From the NCBI GenBank assembly GCA_012295275.1, contig CM022672.1, positions 23,250,001 to 23,314,000 on the forward strand: a stretch of 64,000 nucleotides of DNA, given 5' to 3'. This DNA comes from Chrysomallon squamiferum. Lineage: Eukaryota > Animalia > Mollusca. Positions 1 to 15,612 of this stretch are shown here, piece by piece; the stretch's first letter is position 1, and each line of letters opens with the position of its first letter. Under the pieces are notes generated by a model that searched no databases, was not told where the DNA came from, and saw only the letters and a program-made list of their open reading frames with translations. The position numbers and the translations under genes are program-made.

Positions 1-762
1 CACTAAGTGTATACTAATGATTTCCTTAGGGCATTATTAATTACCGTTAACCATATACGTGTTTTAAAACATGTCATGTGTCCAACAAAGCCGGCTGGCC
101 TGGACAGTATAATTACGTCAGATAAGTATTTTAAAGGTTTATAAGTACTGTTAGCTAACACTGTGAACCCAGATCTAATTCAGATTACTTAGATTCAGCG
201 AAAATTATTTTAAAATATTATTCTTTTGTGGCAATGTAAATAGATAGCTGAATCAATTAATGTATAATTTTCAATGAGTTGTTTAATTGTTGTTGTTTTT
301 TAACAGTAATTTACAATAATAGTTGTTAGAGGTTACCATTTGCTATATTTCGAAATTATGTTTAAACTGTTAAAGGAAAAGAAAAGAAATAATAATAATA
401 ACAACAAAACAACAAAAACAACTATAAAGACAATTAACAAGTAAATGAATTAGTGAATGAATGAATGAATAAATAAATAAGTAAATCAAAAGATAATTAT
501 AAAAACAAGTTTAATATAAAAGTAGGCCCCACCCCAAAAAAGAAAAAACCAACAAAAAAACTCAATACAAACAACAAACAACAACAACAACAACAAGCCC
601 TCATACACAATAAGCAAACAAAAAAGAATCATATCCAATGAATATTAAAAACTCAAAACAAACAAAATAATGAAAAGGACAAGAGATAGAAGAGAGATAG
701 CAAGTAACACTGAAAGACAGATAAATGATGAGATAGATACTACTGTAGATATGCAGAGATGC

Positions 763-805
<43 letters not shown>

Positions 806-950
806 GTAATATAGTGTAATAAAAATCAAAGCAACTAATCATAAACAACGAAACACATCAAAGTAACAAAATATTTAAAAAAATAGAAATAATAAAGCCA
901 AGAATAAAATAACTAAAACAGATAGTTAATAGAAACCAGATTCCCCCCCC

Positions 951-1012
<62 letters not shown>

Positions 1013-2496
1013 AAAAAAAATAAAAAAAAATAATAAAAAAAAAAAAAAAAATAAAAAAAAAAAAGAAAAATACAAACATAAAAAATAAAAACAATTTAAA
1101 CAACCACAGACAAACACATACTAGGAAATACACACAAACAAAAAAAACAAGAAATATTTTGATAGCGAGACAGCTAGTAATTAATTATAAAGAATAAATA
1201 AATACAAAGGCTGATATTAAACTGAACATAAACCACAAAAATTTCATAAGCAACACAAACAAAAAAAAATAAAATAAAATAAAATTAAATTAAATAAATT
1301 AAATAAAAAATTATAATAAAAACAAATTCAAGAATAGCAACAAATAAATACATTTTAGAAAAAGAACGAAATATCGAGAAAACAAGAACACAAACAAAAT
1401 AAACACAAGAACAAACAAGCAGAAAGTAAAAATATATAAATACATAACAATAATAATAATAAAAAAATAAAATAAAAATAAAATCAATACATCCCCCGCC
1501 ATGAAAAAGAAGAAGCAAAAGCGACAGGAATATCAAATCTATGGAGTCACACTGAGGTTTGATCTCAGATCTATGTCGGTTGATGTGTCAGTGGAGCCAA
1601 GGGGAACAGTTAATTGATGTATATGTGTATGTATGTCAGTACTTTGCGGCAATTACGTGACAGAATGTGAAAATTAAATTTAAAAAAAAATTAAAAACTA
1701 AAAAAAAAATGGGATCGGCATCTGGAGTATCACTAGCTTTCAGCTGACTGCGCCTGGAGCTATCAATTTTGAAATACTTTGAAGTATTAAGTTTATATTT
1801 ATTTTATTGCATTTTAAAAAAGAAAAATTAAGTTATTATTTACGGGTGTAATATAAACATGTCATTTATGCTTTAATTAATTTAGGTATAATAAAATAAA
1901 CGGGAAATGAAGATACGAATTGATATAGTGATGATAGAAGTACTTAAAGATAAATAATAATGCCATTCACTAATTGTCATCATCCTAGATATGAAGACGA
2001 AAATAGTAAGAGCTAAAAGAGAAATTCTGGTAAATATTGAGGTATCCATATGGATTGGGATTAAGAAAAAGGTATCGAGGTTTGAAAATGATACTTCAGG
2101 AAGAGGGATAGTTATTTAGTCAGCAAAGAGGTTTCAGGGAGTGGATCAAATAAAATTCAAATGATAGGAAAGATGACTGGGATAGTCAGTAATTAGGCTT
2201 CCACAACGTTATTACTTCCTCAGTAGCTGGGATCATCACTGGTACCACAGCAATAAGGCTATTGGCTTATATGACTGGTTAGGTCTTAGAATGCATTCTG
2301 ATATTGCTCATAGGTGATATCTTCTCTTTGTCCTTTTATAGCACTAACAGAAAACACGGACACCAGCACTCTAGGATCAGTACATTTGTGTATGCTTTTT
2401 TTTTTTTTTTTTTTTTTTTTTCTGAAACATGAATCAAGAGTAAAGGATTTCCAGATCACCTTCTTACGTGCTGTCACTGTCGAAGCAAATATGCAG

Positions 2497-3006
2497 TATA
2501 ATTTACTAATTTATTGCATTTACCAATGATTAATAGGACATTTAATATATATATATATATATATATAAAGAATTAGAAAATAAAAGAAGAAAATGAAGCA
2601 TCTACAGATTAAAGAAAAAAAAAAAAAAAAAAAAAAAAAAACAAAAAACAAAACAAAACAATAAATAATTAAAGATTCTGTGAAACGGAACAACAACTAA
2701 TAAGGTATCTTGAAGTTTAAATATTTCGACTTTTAACTGTTGTGGAACTCGGTGTAATAAACATCATAGATACATTAGATTTTCACTGAACGATAGTACA
2801 GATCATTGTTTCTATTCATTAGCTGCATTTAGATCAGTGGTATGAATCACCGGTGGGTCGTTCACAAATAGGTTAAACGGGTGTGTCATCTGAATTAACG
2901 TGTGTATCTGTTTATACTTTACGACTAATATGTCAAAGACTTTGGCGTGTCCTTCTCTGTATGTACTAAGGTATAAATAAAAAAAACCCTATATAGCATA
3001 ATAAAC

Positions 3007-3043
<37 letters not shown>

Positions 3044-3312
3044 TCACAAAGAATCTTCTAAATTCTGGGTAAAATCAAATTTAAAAAAGCGAAGAATAGT
3101 AATAAAGAAAGCAGATATATGTATCCCAATAACCAAGAAAAAAGCTTAGAAAAGAAACCTCTCTTAATGCTAATATTAATTCTGTTAATTATAATAGTAA
3201 TAACAATAAAAAAGATGATTATAAATAATAGATATAAAAGTAAATTTATATTTACACACAAAATAATAATAAAAAAAAATTCCTCCTATTTACAAACTAA
3301 TGAAAAAGCAAA

Positions 3313-3347
<35 letters not shown>

Positions 3348-3836
3348 ATCAACAAATAAACAAATAAATAAAAAGTAATGAATTAACGGACGAAAGAATG
3401 AATTAATAGTTAAAAATAAAATAAAATAAAATAAAATAAATAATTAAAATAAATCATTTAAATGAAATAGTTAGATAAAAGGTAATTATTTAAAGAATAA
3501 ATGAATAATGAAATAAAAAAGCACTCTTCTTTCCTGTTTTTCCCTGTTTTTCTCTCTCTTCTACTTCTTTCTCTCTTAGAAACAAAATGAAAAGGAAATT
3601 TAAATGAACAAATATGAAAATCTGAATATGTGTTTGTGAATTGCAGATAATTAATTTGGTTAAAACATAAACTTACGGCAGAATAATAAAAAAATATAAA
3701 ATAAATATAAAATAAAATAAAAAATAAAATAAAATAAAAAATAAAAACTATACACATAAATCATGTCCTTGAAAGTATAATTTGTTAATTTATTGCATTT
3801 ACCAACGATTAATACGATTTTAAAAAAACGAGAGAT

Positions 3837-3868
<32 letters not shown>

Positions 3869-4149
3869 AACAACTAGAAAAAATATCATAGATACATTAC
3901 AGTTTCACTGAACGATAGTACAGATCATAGTTTCTATTCATTAGCTGCATTTAGATCAGTGGTATGAATCACTGGTGGGTCGTTCACAAATAGTTTAAAT
4001 CGATACGTCATCTGAATTAACGTGTGTATCAGTTTATACTTTACTACTAATATGTCAAAGACTTCAGCCTGTCCTTCTCTGTATGTACGAAGGTATACAA
4101 AAAAACCTAACCTATATAAAAAACACACACACCACACCTATACACACAA

Positions 4150-4205
<56 letters not shown>

Positions 4206-6519
4206 TAATCTTCTAAATTCTGGGTAAAATAAAATGTAAAAAGCGAAGAATAGTAATAAAGAAAGCAGTTATATGTATCCCAATAACCAAGAAAAAAGGT
4301 TAGAAAAGAAACCTCTCTTAATGCTAATATTAAAACTGTTAATTATAATAGTAATAACAAAAAAAAAAGATGATTATAAATAATAGAAATAAAAGTAAAT
4401 TTATATTTGCACACAAAATAAATTTAGAAAAAAAAAAAAAAAAATTCCTTCTTATTACAAACTAATGAAAAAGCAAATAAATAAATAAATAAATAAATAA
4501 ATAAACAATGAAATAAATCAACAAATAAACAAATAAATAAAAAGTAATGAATTAATAGTTAACAATAAAATAAAATAAAATAAATAATAAAATAAAATAA
4601 TTTAAATGAAATAGATAAAAGGTAATTATTTAAAGAATAAATGAATATTTAAATAAAAAAATACTCTTCTTTCCTGTCTTTCCCTCTTTTTCTCTCTCTT
4701 CTACTTCTTTCTCTCTTAGAAACAAAATGGAAAGAAAATTTAAATGAATAAATATGAACATCTGAATATGTGTTTATGAATTACAGATAACTAATTTGGT
4801 TAAAACATAATCTTACGGCAGAATAATAAAAAAATAAAAATAAAAAATAAAAAATAAAATAAAATAAAAAATAAAAACTATACACATAAATCATGTCTTT
4901 GAAAGAATAATTTGTTAATTTATTGCTTTTACCAATGATTAAAACGATTTTTTAAAAACGAGTTAATATATATATATATAAACAACTAGAAAAAAGAGAG
5001 AAGAAAATGAAAAACAAACAGAATAAATAATTAAAGATTCTGTGAAACGACACAACAACTAGTAAGGTATCTTGAAGTTTCAGTCCTTTGAAGTTTAAAT
5101 ATTTCGACTTTTAACTGTTGCAGAACTCGGTGTAATAAACATCATAGATTTTCACTGAACGATAGTACAGATCATAGTTTCTATTCATTAGCTGCATTTA
5201 GATCAGTGGTATGAATCACTGGTGGGTCGTTTACAAATAGTTTAAATCGATACGTCATCTGAATTAACGTGTGTATCAGTTTTACTTTACGACTAATACG
5301 TCAAAGACTTCAGCGTGTCCTTCTCTGTATGTACGAAAGTATACAAAAAAACCCTAAAACACTAACCTATATAGCATAATAAACCACACACACACACACA
5401 TACATTCACAAATAATCTTCTAAATACTGGGTAAAATAAAATTTAAAAATGCGAAAAATAGTAATAAAAAAAAGCAGATATATGTATCCCAATAACCAAG
5501 AAAAAAGGTTAGAAAAGAAACTTCTCTTAATACTAATATTAAAACTGTAAATTATAATAGTAATTATGCTCACAAAATAAATTTAAAATAAAAGAAAAAA
5601 ATATTTCCTCCGATTTACAAACTAGTGAAAAAACAAATAAATCAATAAATAAATAAACAATTAAATAAATCAACAAATAAACAAATAAATAAAAAGTAAT
5701 GAATTAATAGTTAACAATAAAATAAAATAAAATAAAATGTATAATTAAATAAAATCATTTAAATGAAATAGTTAGATAAAAGGTAATTATTTAAAGAATA
5801 AATGAATAATTAAATCAAAAAGTACTCTTCTTTCCTGTCTTTCCCTCTTTTTCTCTCTCTTCTACTTCTTTCTCTCTTAGAAACAAAATAAAAAGGAAAT
5901 TTAAATGACGTATCTTGAAGTTTAAATATTTCGACTTTTAACTGTTGCAGAACTCGGTGTAATAAACATCATAGATGCATTAGATTTTCACTGAACGATA
6001 GTGCAGATCATAGTTTCTATTCATTAGCTGCATTTAGATCAGTGGTATGAATCACTGGTGGGTCGTTCACAAATAGTTTAAATCGATACGTCATCTGAAT
6101 TAACGTGTGTATCAGTTTTTACTTTACTACTAATATGTCAAAGACTTCAGCCTGTCCTTCTCTGTATGTACGAAGGTATACAAAAAAAACCTAACCTATA
6201 TAGCATAATAATCCACACACACACACACACACACACACAGATAAATAATCTTCTAAATTCTGGGTAAAATAAAATGTAAAAAGCGAAGAATAGTAATAAA
6301 GAAAGCAGTTATATGTATCCCAATAACCAAGAAAAGAGGTTAGAAAAGAAACCTCTCTTAATGCTAATATTAAAACTGTTAATTATAATAGTAATAACAA
6401 TAGAGAAAAAAGATGATTATTATAAATAATACAAATAAAAGTAAATATATATATATATACACACAAAATAAAATAAAAATTAAAAATTGCTCCTATTTAC
6501 AAACTAATGAAAAAGCAAA

Positions 6520-6556
<37 letters not shown>

Positions 6557-7197
6557 CAATAAATAAATGAATTAATAAATAATTAAATAAATCAACAAAT
6601 CAACAAATAAATCAAAAGTGATGAATTAATGGATGAAAGAATGAATTAATAGATAACAATAAAAAAAAAAAATTCAGTAATTAAATAAAATCATTTTAAT
6701 GAAATAGTTAGGAAAAAGGTAATTATTTAAAGAATAAATAAATAATTAAATCAAATAAAAATCTCTTTCCCTCTTTATCTCTCTCTTCTGCTGCTTTCTT
6801 TCTTAGAAACAAAATACAAAGGAAATTTAAATGAATAAATATGAACATCTGAATATGTGTTTATGAAATACATATAACTAATTGGGTTAAAAAATAAACT
6901 TACTGCAGAATAAAAAAAATAAAATAAAATAAAATAAAATAAAATAAAATAAAATAAAATAAAATAAAATAAAATAAAATAAATAAAATAAAATAAAAAA
7001 TAAAATAAAATGAAATAAAATAAAATAAAATAAAATAAAATAAAATAAAATAAAAATTAAAAATTATACACATAAATCATGTCTTTGAAAATATAATTTG
7101 TTAATTTATTGCATTTACCAATGACTAATACGATTTTTTTAAAAAGAGAGAGAATATATATATATGAAAGTATAGATAAAAAACCTATATAATAAAC

Positions 7198-7280
<83 letters not shown>

Positions 7281-7511
7281 GCTTCTAAATACTGGGTAAC
7301 ATAAAATTAAAAAAAGCAAAGAATAGTAATAAAGAAAACAGATACACGATTTTGTTCAATATAGTAAATTATATGTATCCCAATAACCAGAGAAAAAAGG
7401 TTAGATATTAGAAAAGAAACCTATATTAATACTAATACCAATACGGTTAACTATAGTAGTAATAACAATAGAAAAAAAAGATGATGCTTATAAATAATAG
7501 AAATATGTTTG

Positions 7512-7579
<68 letters not shown>

Positions 7580-8075
7580 TAAATTTAAAAACTATATATT
7601 TCTTCCTATTTACAAACTAATGAAAAAGCAAATAAATAAAAATATAAAAAGTAATGAATTAATGGATGTTAGAATGAATTAACAGTTAACAATAAAATAA
7701 AATAAAATAAATAATTAATTAAAATCATTTAAGTGAAATAGTTAGATTAAAGGTAATTATTTAAAGAATAAATGAATAATTAAATTAAAAAATCCCTCTT
7801 CCTTGCTGTCTTTCACTCTTTTTCTCTTTCTTCTACTTCTTTCTTAAAAACAAAATAGAAAGAAAATTTAAATGAATAAAGATGAACATGTGTTTATGAA
7901 ATACAGATAACTATTTGGTTAAAACAGAAAACGTACTAAAGAATAAAAAATAAATAAATAAATAAAAAATAAAATAAAATATAACAAAAAAAAAAAAAAA
8001 AAAATTATACACATAAATCATGTCTTTGAAAATATAATTTACCAATGATTAATATGATTTTTTTAAAAAGAAAGA

Positions 8076-8115
<40 letters not shown>

Positions 8116-8240
8116 AACAAGAAAAAAAGAAGAAAATGAAACATACAGATTAAACATCAAGAATAAAAAAGAAAAGAAAAACAAAGACAAAACAAAAACA
8201 AAACAAAACAAAACAAAAAACAAAACAAACAACAACATAA
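2497..8240. repeat. Tandem array of ~1.0-1.3 kb non-coding units (about 5 copies, with internal deletions)
   Basis: Block 'ttcactgaacgatagt(a/g)cagatcat...gtccttctctgtatgtac' recurs at ~2782, 3904, 5150 and 5987. Block 'tatgtatcccaataacca...gaaaagaaac' recurs at ~3118, 4272, 5481, 6312 and 7372. Block 'taatttattgc(a/t)tttaccaa' recurs at ~2508, 3786, 4916 and 7102. Boundaries approximate. Confidence 0.9.
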
Positions 8241-8897
8241 ATAAAACACAAGCTTTTTATGTTCGATCTACAGTTGGAGTTTTCACTTATGTCTTTCACA
8301 ATAAAACTTCTGAAGCTGAATTAAAACATAGCTTTAGAGACTGCAGTCAAGAACCTTCAAAGATTAAGTGAAAAGTCACTCTATCGTTTTTCCATTAGAA
8401 AATATTTCTGGAGATTTCACAGTAATTGTAGCGAACAGCTTAAAAATCTTAATCCCAGCACAATCTTACAATTGTAATTATCTATATAGTATTTACTTTA
8501 TTTACAGACATATTATGAAATTATGTTCTTATTGTTGGAAAATAATGGTAGCAATTGTGAAGAATAAAAATTAAATTGTTCTTGAATTGTCTTCGTGAGT
8601 TTGTCTTTCATATGTCTGCTTATTAAATTTTAGATATTTTTTTAGTCAAAACCAAGAAAAAAAAAAAAAAAAAAAAAAAAAAAAGCAAAAAATGAACCAA
8701 AAAAACTTTAATGTGCAGTTGTGTAATAAAATCCAGTGACATCAAAATTAATTGATAATTAACCTCAAGACATTTTAAAATTAGTAAAAAAATTCTATAT
8801 GAAAAAAACCGTGGAAAAGTGCCTCTGGCTTAAAAATAAGGATGTGGTTTTCAAAAGTGGCTTGAAGATGCATATAATTTTGCAAATTATTTTGATT

Positions 8898-8943
8898 GAG
8901 GAAGATTTATCCATCAAAACCTATCAAGTAGCCTCTATAAAAA
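8898..8943 (+). promoter_or_regulatory. Gene 1 core promoter (GGAA - ATCCATCAAA - TATA)
   Basis: ATCCATCAAA at 8909 and TATAAAAA at 8936, followed by donor AAG|GTAAGT at 9016. The same arrangement occurs at all paralogs. Confidence 0.75.
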
Positions 8944-9399
8944 TATCAGAAATCTGACCGTCTTCATCACATCTCCCAAACTGCTTATTCCGTAGCTACT
9001 GCGGCAAACACCAAGGTAAGTGAACGGAATTAGACTTTTAAAGGTGTTTTTTTTTTCTTAATTTTAAATAGTAATTTCTGTCTTGAAGTTAGTATTTTAG
9101 AACTTTATGATTAATTATTTATATAATTGCCATTTCAGAGTATTCGAATTAGTCCTTTAAACGTCGCTTCTTAACTGTACATATAAAGCCATTTCATAGA
9201 AGTTAGTACTACTTAATTAAAGATATAAGAGACTTTTTTTTTTTTTATTTTTTTTTTTTTTTTTTTTTTTTTTATAAACTGGAACGAGTTTTAAAGTTAA
9301 TACTTAACCACAGATTAAAAAGCCATTTCAGTATTGGAATTAATCTTTTTGAAAATTAGAACTTAACAGTAAATATCATTTTCACTTGCAGGTTTCAAA

Positions 9400-9738
9400 A
9401 TGATGAAAATCATTATCCTCGCTTTGGCCTGCCTTTCCCTGGCATCTGCCTTCATTGTCCCACACAGCAGTGTGTCCTGCGGTGGTTACCTCTACTGTTT
9501 CGGCAATCTTGGAGGCGGACTGGGATACGGCGGCGGATATGGCTTGGGCGGCGGCTGGGGTTTGGGCAGCGGCTGGGGCCTTGGAGGCTTGGGCATGGGT
9601 TACGGCATGGGCTACGGTGCGGGATACGGCCTCGGCTACGGCATGGGATACGGCCTCGGCTATGGTTACGGCGGTGGATACGGCTATACTTACCCAGCCG
9701 TTGGAGTCGTGTACAGCGGACACCACCATTACTATTAG
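9400..9738 (+). CDS. Gene 1: secreted Gly/Tyr-rich structural protein, 112 aa, HHHYY tail
   Basis: Signal peptide MMKIIILALACLSLASA, CGGYLYC pair, GYGM/GYGL/GWGLG repeats. Predicted introns 9016-9391 (5'UTR) and 9739-10509 (TAG|GTAAAT); AATAAA at 10611. Confidence 0.92.
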   Translation: MMKIIILALACLSLASAFIVPHSSVSCGGYLYCFGNLGGGLGYGGGYGLGGGWGLGSGWGLGGLGMGYGMGYGAGYGLGYGMGYGLGYGYGGGYGYTYPAVGVVYSGHHHYY

Positions 9739-10159
9739 GTAAATATGATAAATATATTTCTGTCGTTCAGAAAATGCATTTCCTGCTGGGTTAGTTTCTC
9801 AGTAAAGTTTAACAATTCAAAAATTGTTTTGTTTTTTTTGTTTTGTTCAGCTTTGTTATCAGAGTAAACGACAAAATGGTAATATAGGAGAAGCATTTTA
9901 TGACTGGATTATTTTATATTATGTACAATTTTTTTTATTTTACCATCAATCTATTTCCGCCTGTCTGTCTGCCTATCTGTCTATCTATCCATGTTATCAT
10001 TATTAATAGTATACTTTGTATTTTCCTTATAAGAATTATTACATTTTATTATGTTTGTCTATTTAAACACATTTCTCTTTCTACAACAACAAAAAGGTAA
10101 ACGATACGTACCAAAATAGGGTGAAAAGAAGAAAAATAAATAATATTAGTAACAACAAC

Positions 10160-10192
<33 letters not shown>

Positions 10193-11194
10193 GTAAATAA
10201 ATAAATAAAAATAAAAATAATAATAAATGATTTTTTTTAAAAGTAGAAAGGTGACATCAGTAATATTAACAATTTATCTAATCAGTTTTAGTTTCAGTGC
10301 CGAGCAGATTATATACACAAACGGAGCAGTTTTAATTCAGTCTCTTCAAAATCAGTAATTTTCGTAAATCGAATTGATTAATCCCTGTCAGTTTTCATGA
10401 GTGTTTAATTTAAACTGTTAAAAGCAGTTTGTGTCAACTTTACATAAATATAATATTATATTCTGTTTCATTCTTATACGTTATTTATTTATTTATTTAT
10501 TTATTTCAGGTTAAGAAGAGAAGTAGCAAATTCCCCAACAAACGCAATGTGACACTACAGCTGAAGACTCAAACAATATGTATTCTGTTTCAGAAAATTA
10601 AACATTAATTAATAAAAACTTGTCTTCAAAACATTTAATAATTTTGTTATTTATATTTCTTCGTTATCAACATCATCATCGTCATCATCATCATCATCAT
10701 CTCATAATCATCAGCATATTACTACTACTACTACTACTACTACTTAATCTTACAAAATGGAACGGAATGGAATACAATGGATCCATTTCTATTTACCAGA
10801 AAAATCAGAATCAAAAAAAAAAAAAAAAAAAATAAATAAATAAAAAAAAAAAAATAAAAAATAAATAAATAAATAAACTAAAATCAAATAAAATAAAATA
10901 TAATACATAAACAAAAGAGATAGATAAATAATAGAGATACATAAATAATTAGATTAACAAATACTTATTGCTACCGCTATTACTCTCTGTATAGTAAATG
11001 TTTAATATCATAATGTTTTAGAATAAATGAACCTGTTAAAGAGATTTAAATGAATGAATGAATGAATGAATACATTTCTGAAAATTGGCCTCTATAGTTA
11101 TTATGTCAGTAATTTAAAGCGAAAGTTTTTCTGTTATTTTATTTGCTACTGTAATTTTCTTTCCTTATAAAATCATGAAGCAAACACGTCTCAG

Positions 11195-11249
<55 letters not shown>

Positions 11250-11883
11250 GTCCATCAACAATAATGTTAAAAAATATTTTTCACGTCAAAATTAAAAAAA
11301 CAAAACAAAACAAAAGAACCAAAAAAACCAAACAAACAACAAAACAACAACAATTAAAAACAAAACAAACAAAACGCGAAACAAAAACAACAAAACAAAA
11401 CAAAAAAGAAAGAAAGAGAAAAACATTATTTTAATGTAATGTTTATAGTAAACAGTGTAACTGAATGATCATTTGTTTTGAAATATAACAATATTAAAGA
11501 TTTACCTGATGCAAACTTTATCTCGTTTCAAAGTCAAATGTCAGAATGACTCGTCATAATCGTTGCCGAATGACGTCATGCGATTGTTGACGTGAAAGTA
11601 TGCCGCGAATATCTCAATTTAAAAACCGTGTTTATTATGAAACATATGCATGCTTGGAACTACTCACAGAACATATTTAAATGAACATGAAGGTGCAAAA
11701 ATTTCTATTTCATTAGTGTTGATAGCATTCAACGCCAAAATCAGTTCATTTCACAGTAAGTACATGTAGAAAATTCGGTTTACTCAGTTTCACGAATATA
11801 TTCATAACATACTGTGTACTTAGCGGTCTAATGTCTTTTAATATATTTAGTTACTTCCTAATAAAGTTCTGTACACATCGAAT

Positions 11884-11954
<71 letters not shown>

Positions 11955-14021
11955 TACATATTCAGCTGGCCCGCCTAAATCGCAGGTTTGATATCCGAAA
12001 ATATTCTATAAAAATCCAGAATGCTATTTTCCAGTAAGTTTTAAACGTATGATGGATTACAGTACTTAGAATATTGCTGAAGGATGGTTTACATGGATTT
12101 TAGCAGTTGGGTTTCAAGTTAAGAACCTCTATAAAAGTGAATGGGTAAAAAAGGGTAAGGGATATAAATGTCCTGGTACCACATAGCCTCGAAATAATTA
12201 CAGATACTATGGAATTATGTACAATGCCTAAAATTTTTAGATATTTTGTGTAACATCTGATTCACGTAGAAATGTGCAATGTCTCATTCCTGAAATTTCA
12301 TCTATTATATATAATACCTGACGTTTTATCAGATTTTTATGCATATTCCCTGAAAAATGTTCTTCTATTATAGTATCGTTGTAATATAATATATGTTCTT
12401 CTTAAGCTGACAGTGTTTAAATAATGACAAACTAATTTTAAAAAAAATATATATATATATATTTACTGGGGTTTTTTTTCTGACATATTAAATGATGATA
12501 AGGAGGAGCCAATTGTTTTGACAGTTAATAGGTAAATAGTTTTTTATTTTATTGTTTTCATTCATTAAGATAACATTTAATTGCTTCGATGGGTGGTAAG
12601 GAAACTTGTGATTGGACTGTTCCTTTTAAGTTTATGCAGTTTGAAAAAGAAAACAACTGAAGTCAGCCTAGTGGTATGAAATATTTACTCTTTTCTGCAC
12701 AACTATATGCTATTGCAATGGTATCACTAATTAAATAATCGGTATGGTACCAAGAAGAGCTTACTTCTATTCGGTCGAATTTTCTTGAACCGCTAAAATA
12801 ACAACTGACACAATTTAATAGTCTTACTGATATGCATGTTTTCTTGAACTGACCCAGATTAGTTTGAAACGGATTACTACTGTCTTTAAACTCTTAAATA
12901 ACAAGATCTCCATTTAAAAATTCTTATTACAAGATAAGATAAGATAATGCTTTATTGTCATAGTTGTCACCCAAAAACAACATTTGACAAAATGAAGCTC
13001 TAATATTGAATGAAGCAGATAATAATAAGAACATATTATAAAAAGAAGGTATTGTGCACTAAAATTTATGAATAATTTGAAAAGGAAACGCTAATTGGGA
13101 TAAAAGAGGGTAATGACTGATAAAATGTGGTCTGAGTTTTCTAAAAATACAAACAATACCAAAAAAAAAAAAAAGAAAAAAAAAAAAAAAAAAAAACCCA
13201 TTTTTCACCATTTTAAAAGATTCTTTAATTCAAATCAATGCAGATTCGAAACATGACCAATGGCGTCAAGTTCATTAACCACACAACATTGAAAATTACT
13301 GAAAATTCGACAAAATGGGACGACATCCTATAAACTGATGTTTAAGACACAAACATTGTGTCGTTCACAACGTCATTCCACTCTTCGAAGCAAAGATAAG
13401 AAACGTGATTAAACATTACCACTAGTTTATGTTGTCTATTAGTATTATTGTTTTGCTTGATATATGTCTGTATTTGATAGTATGATAAAAAGAATATAAT
13501 TATTTAAAATTTTCTTTTGTTTTTCTATTTTTTTAAATAATTTTTCTCACATCATCTTGATAGATGAAGTCAATAAATGTTATTTAAATTCTGATCATAT
13601 GCTTGAATTATACTTACCTAAACAGTTTTTTCTTGTCTTTCTATTATAGCTTGATATATAATAATAGCAGAAACAAATAAATATTCTTCTATTTTTTACC
13701 TTTCTCTATTCCTTACTTAAACACTATCACTTCAAAGAAAACCTTAATTATATTATTTCCTCTTAAGAAAACGGGATGATTTAATTATAATAATGCATTA
13801 ATAAGTTAAACTGAAATGTTTAGGAATTATATTTAATTTTAAACTGAATTATACATTACACATACTACCTGAAGAGTTCAAGGGTAAATTATGAATAACA
13901 CCTCAGTCATACATATATTATATATGGATATCTGTTTGTGTGACTGGTGTGTGTTTTTTGTAGATTATGCTTTATACAATCAGCAATGGAATTAATGATT
14001 TCGAATACGAGCACCCTTCGT

Positions 14022-14064
<43 letters not shown>

Positions 14065-15379
14065 TAAGTATGGCGTGTTTGTGTGTGCGCGCGCCTATGT
14101 ATATTTATTTGTGTTTGTGTGTGTGTTTTGCGTGCGTGTGTGCGTGTTGTGCTAATTAGCAAAATAAACTATAAACAACTGCGGTAACGTTGAAAAATCA
14201 TTGAACGTTGCCAGCTATAGTGAAATTCAGTTCAATAGACAAACAATAACTATAGATTTAATCCGATATGTTTTACTGTTTATAAAATTACATTCTTAAT
14301 TAACATTCACCAGTTCAAACCATGCATATTTACGGTTCTGTTATTGCATTGCATCATTTTTCGAAATAGTTCAAAATATGAATTGCAGTGCTGTATTACA
14401 AAAAACAAAATATAAATTGTATCCAAGCATTTCACAATGAAAGATAACTAGAACATTGTTTTTGTTTTAATTTAGTAGATGGAGATTTAAAAAAAAAAAA
14501 AAAGACAGGTTCAGAATATTGTGAAATTCCATTGCTCCAATGTTAGTGTAATAAATAAATAAATAAATTTACAAAATGGCCTGTGGGAAGCAGTTATTAG
14601 GCAAAGTCAAATGTAAATGTTAGGCCACATTTCAAACTGCACATTAAGTATTTTTGCAATCATTTTCATATAAATATGATTAAAGTATGGTTATAGATAA
14701 CGAGTAGTGCGCCTTGTATACTTATCTGTAACAGAACATAATAAAACAACTAAACGATTTATTAAAAAAAGAAATAGTATGCAATTTTATTCAAGAATGT
14801 ATATAAAAGAGTATAAAATTGTATATTTTGAATTCTGAATTTCAGATCTTTACAGTATCAGTAATGTTTTCCAAAATGTCTCCTTTGCCACTGACAGACA
14901 ATCCGGCCTGTTTTCAACAGACTGATGTTTGAAGTTATCCACTGCCTCGAAAGAGTCTTACCTGTTCAACAGAACTCACCACGAATATTTGAAATAGGTT
15001 TCTAGTCTGATCATATTAACTCGCCGGGTTTTCAGTACAGCTGAAGATGGTATAATGTGCTTCAAAAGTCAAATCAGAGTATCTTATTTGCTCTTTTATT
15101 TGCATCGCCCGATAAAGCTTCTGATCGTCACGAATAAGTCAAATTAATACACGCACAAAATTAACAAATAAAACAATAATGAAAACTAAATAACAGCAAT
15201 AAATAATTAATAAAAAAGATGAACGATTTACTAAATATTTCATTATTAAATGCATACTTATATTAAATATATAATTATAATATACGTGTACAATGAATTA
15301 AATTCTTATACGATAAATTCTGCACCAAATAAGTTGACCTTTTTTATATTTGATTTTTTAATTTTCTTTCAGTACTATA

Positions 15380-15430
<51 letters not shown>

Positions 15431-15579
15431 TCTACAGTCAAATGAATAAAATTTCAGGTATTTTACACGAAGAGATTCTCTGTCAGTTTCTGTCTAAATA
15501 TATATACCAACCAACAAACAAATATTTATACGTATTGTTTTCATACTTATATATATATGAATATATGTAAGTATGAAAG

Positions 15580-15612
<33 letters not shown>

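Noticed and set aside
645-1536. Phe/Leu/Ile-rich 'membrane protein' ORFs here and throughout the window
   Set aside because: Translations of poly-A/T tracts and microsatellites.
1975-2330. Higher-complexity segments that may be TE relics (also ~11500-12400, 14870-15130, 19380-19570, 62940-63180)
   Set aside because: No motif I can confidently recognise; needs a repeat-library search.
2497-8240. Possible CRISPR-like or coding exon array
   Set aside because: Eukaryotic context, kb-size units without unique spacers, and reading frames not preserved between copies.
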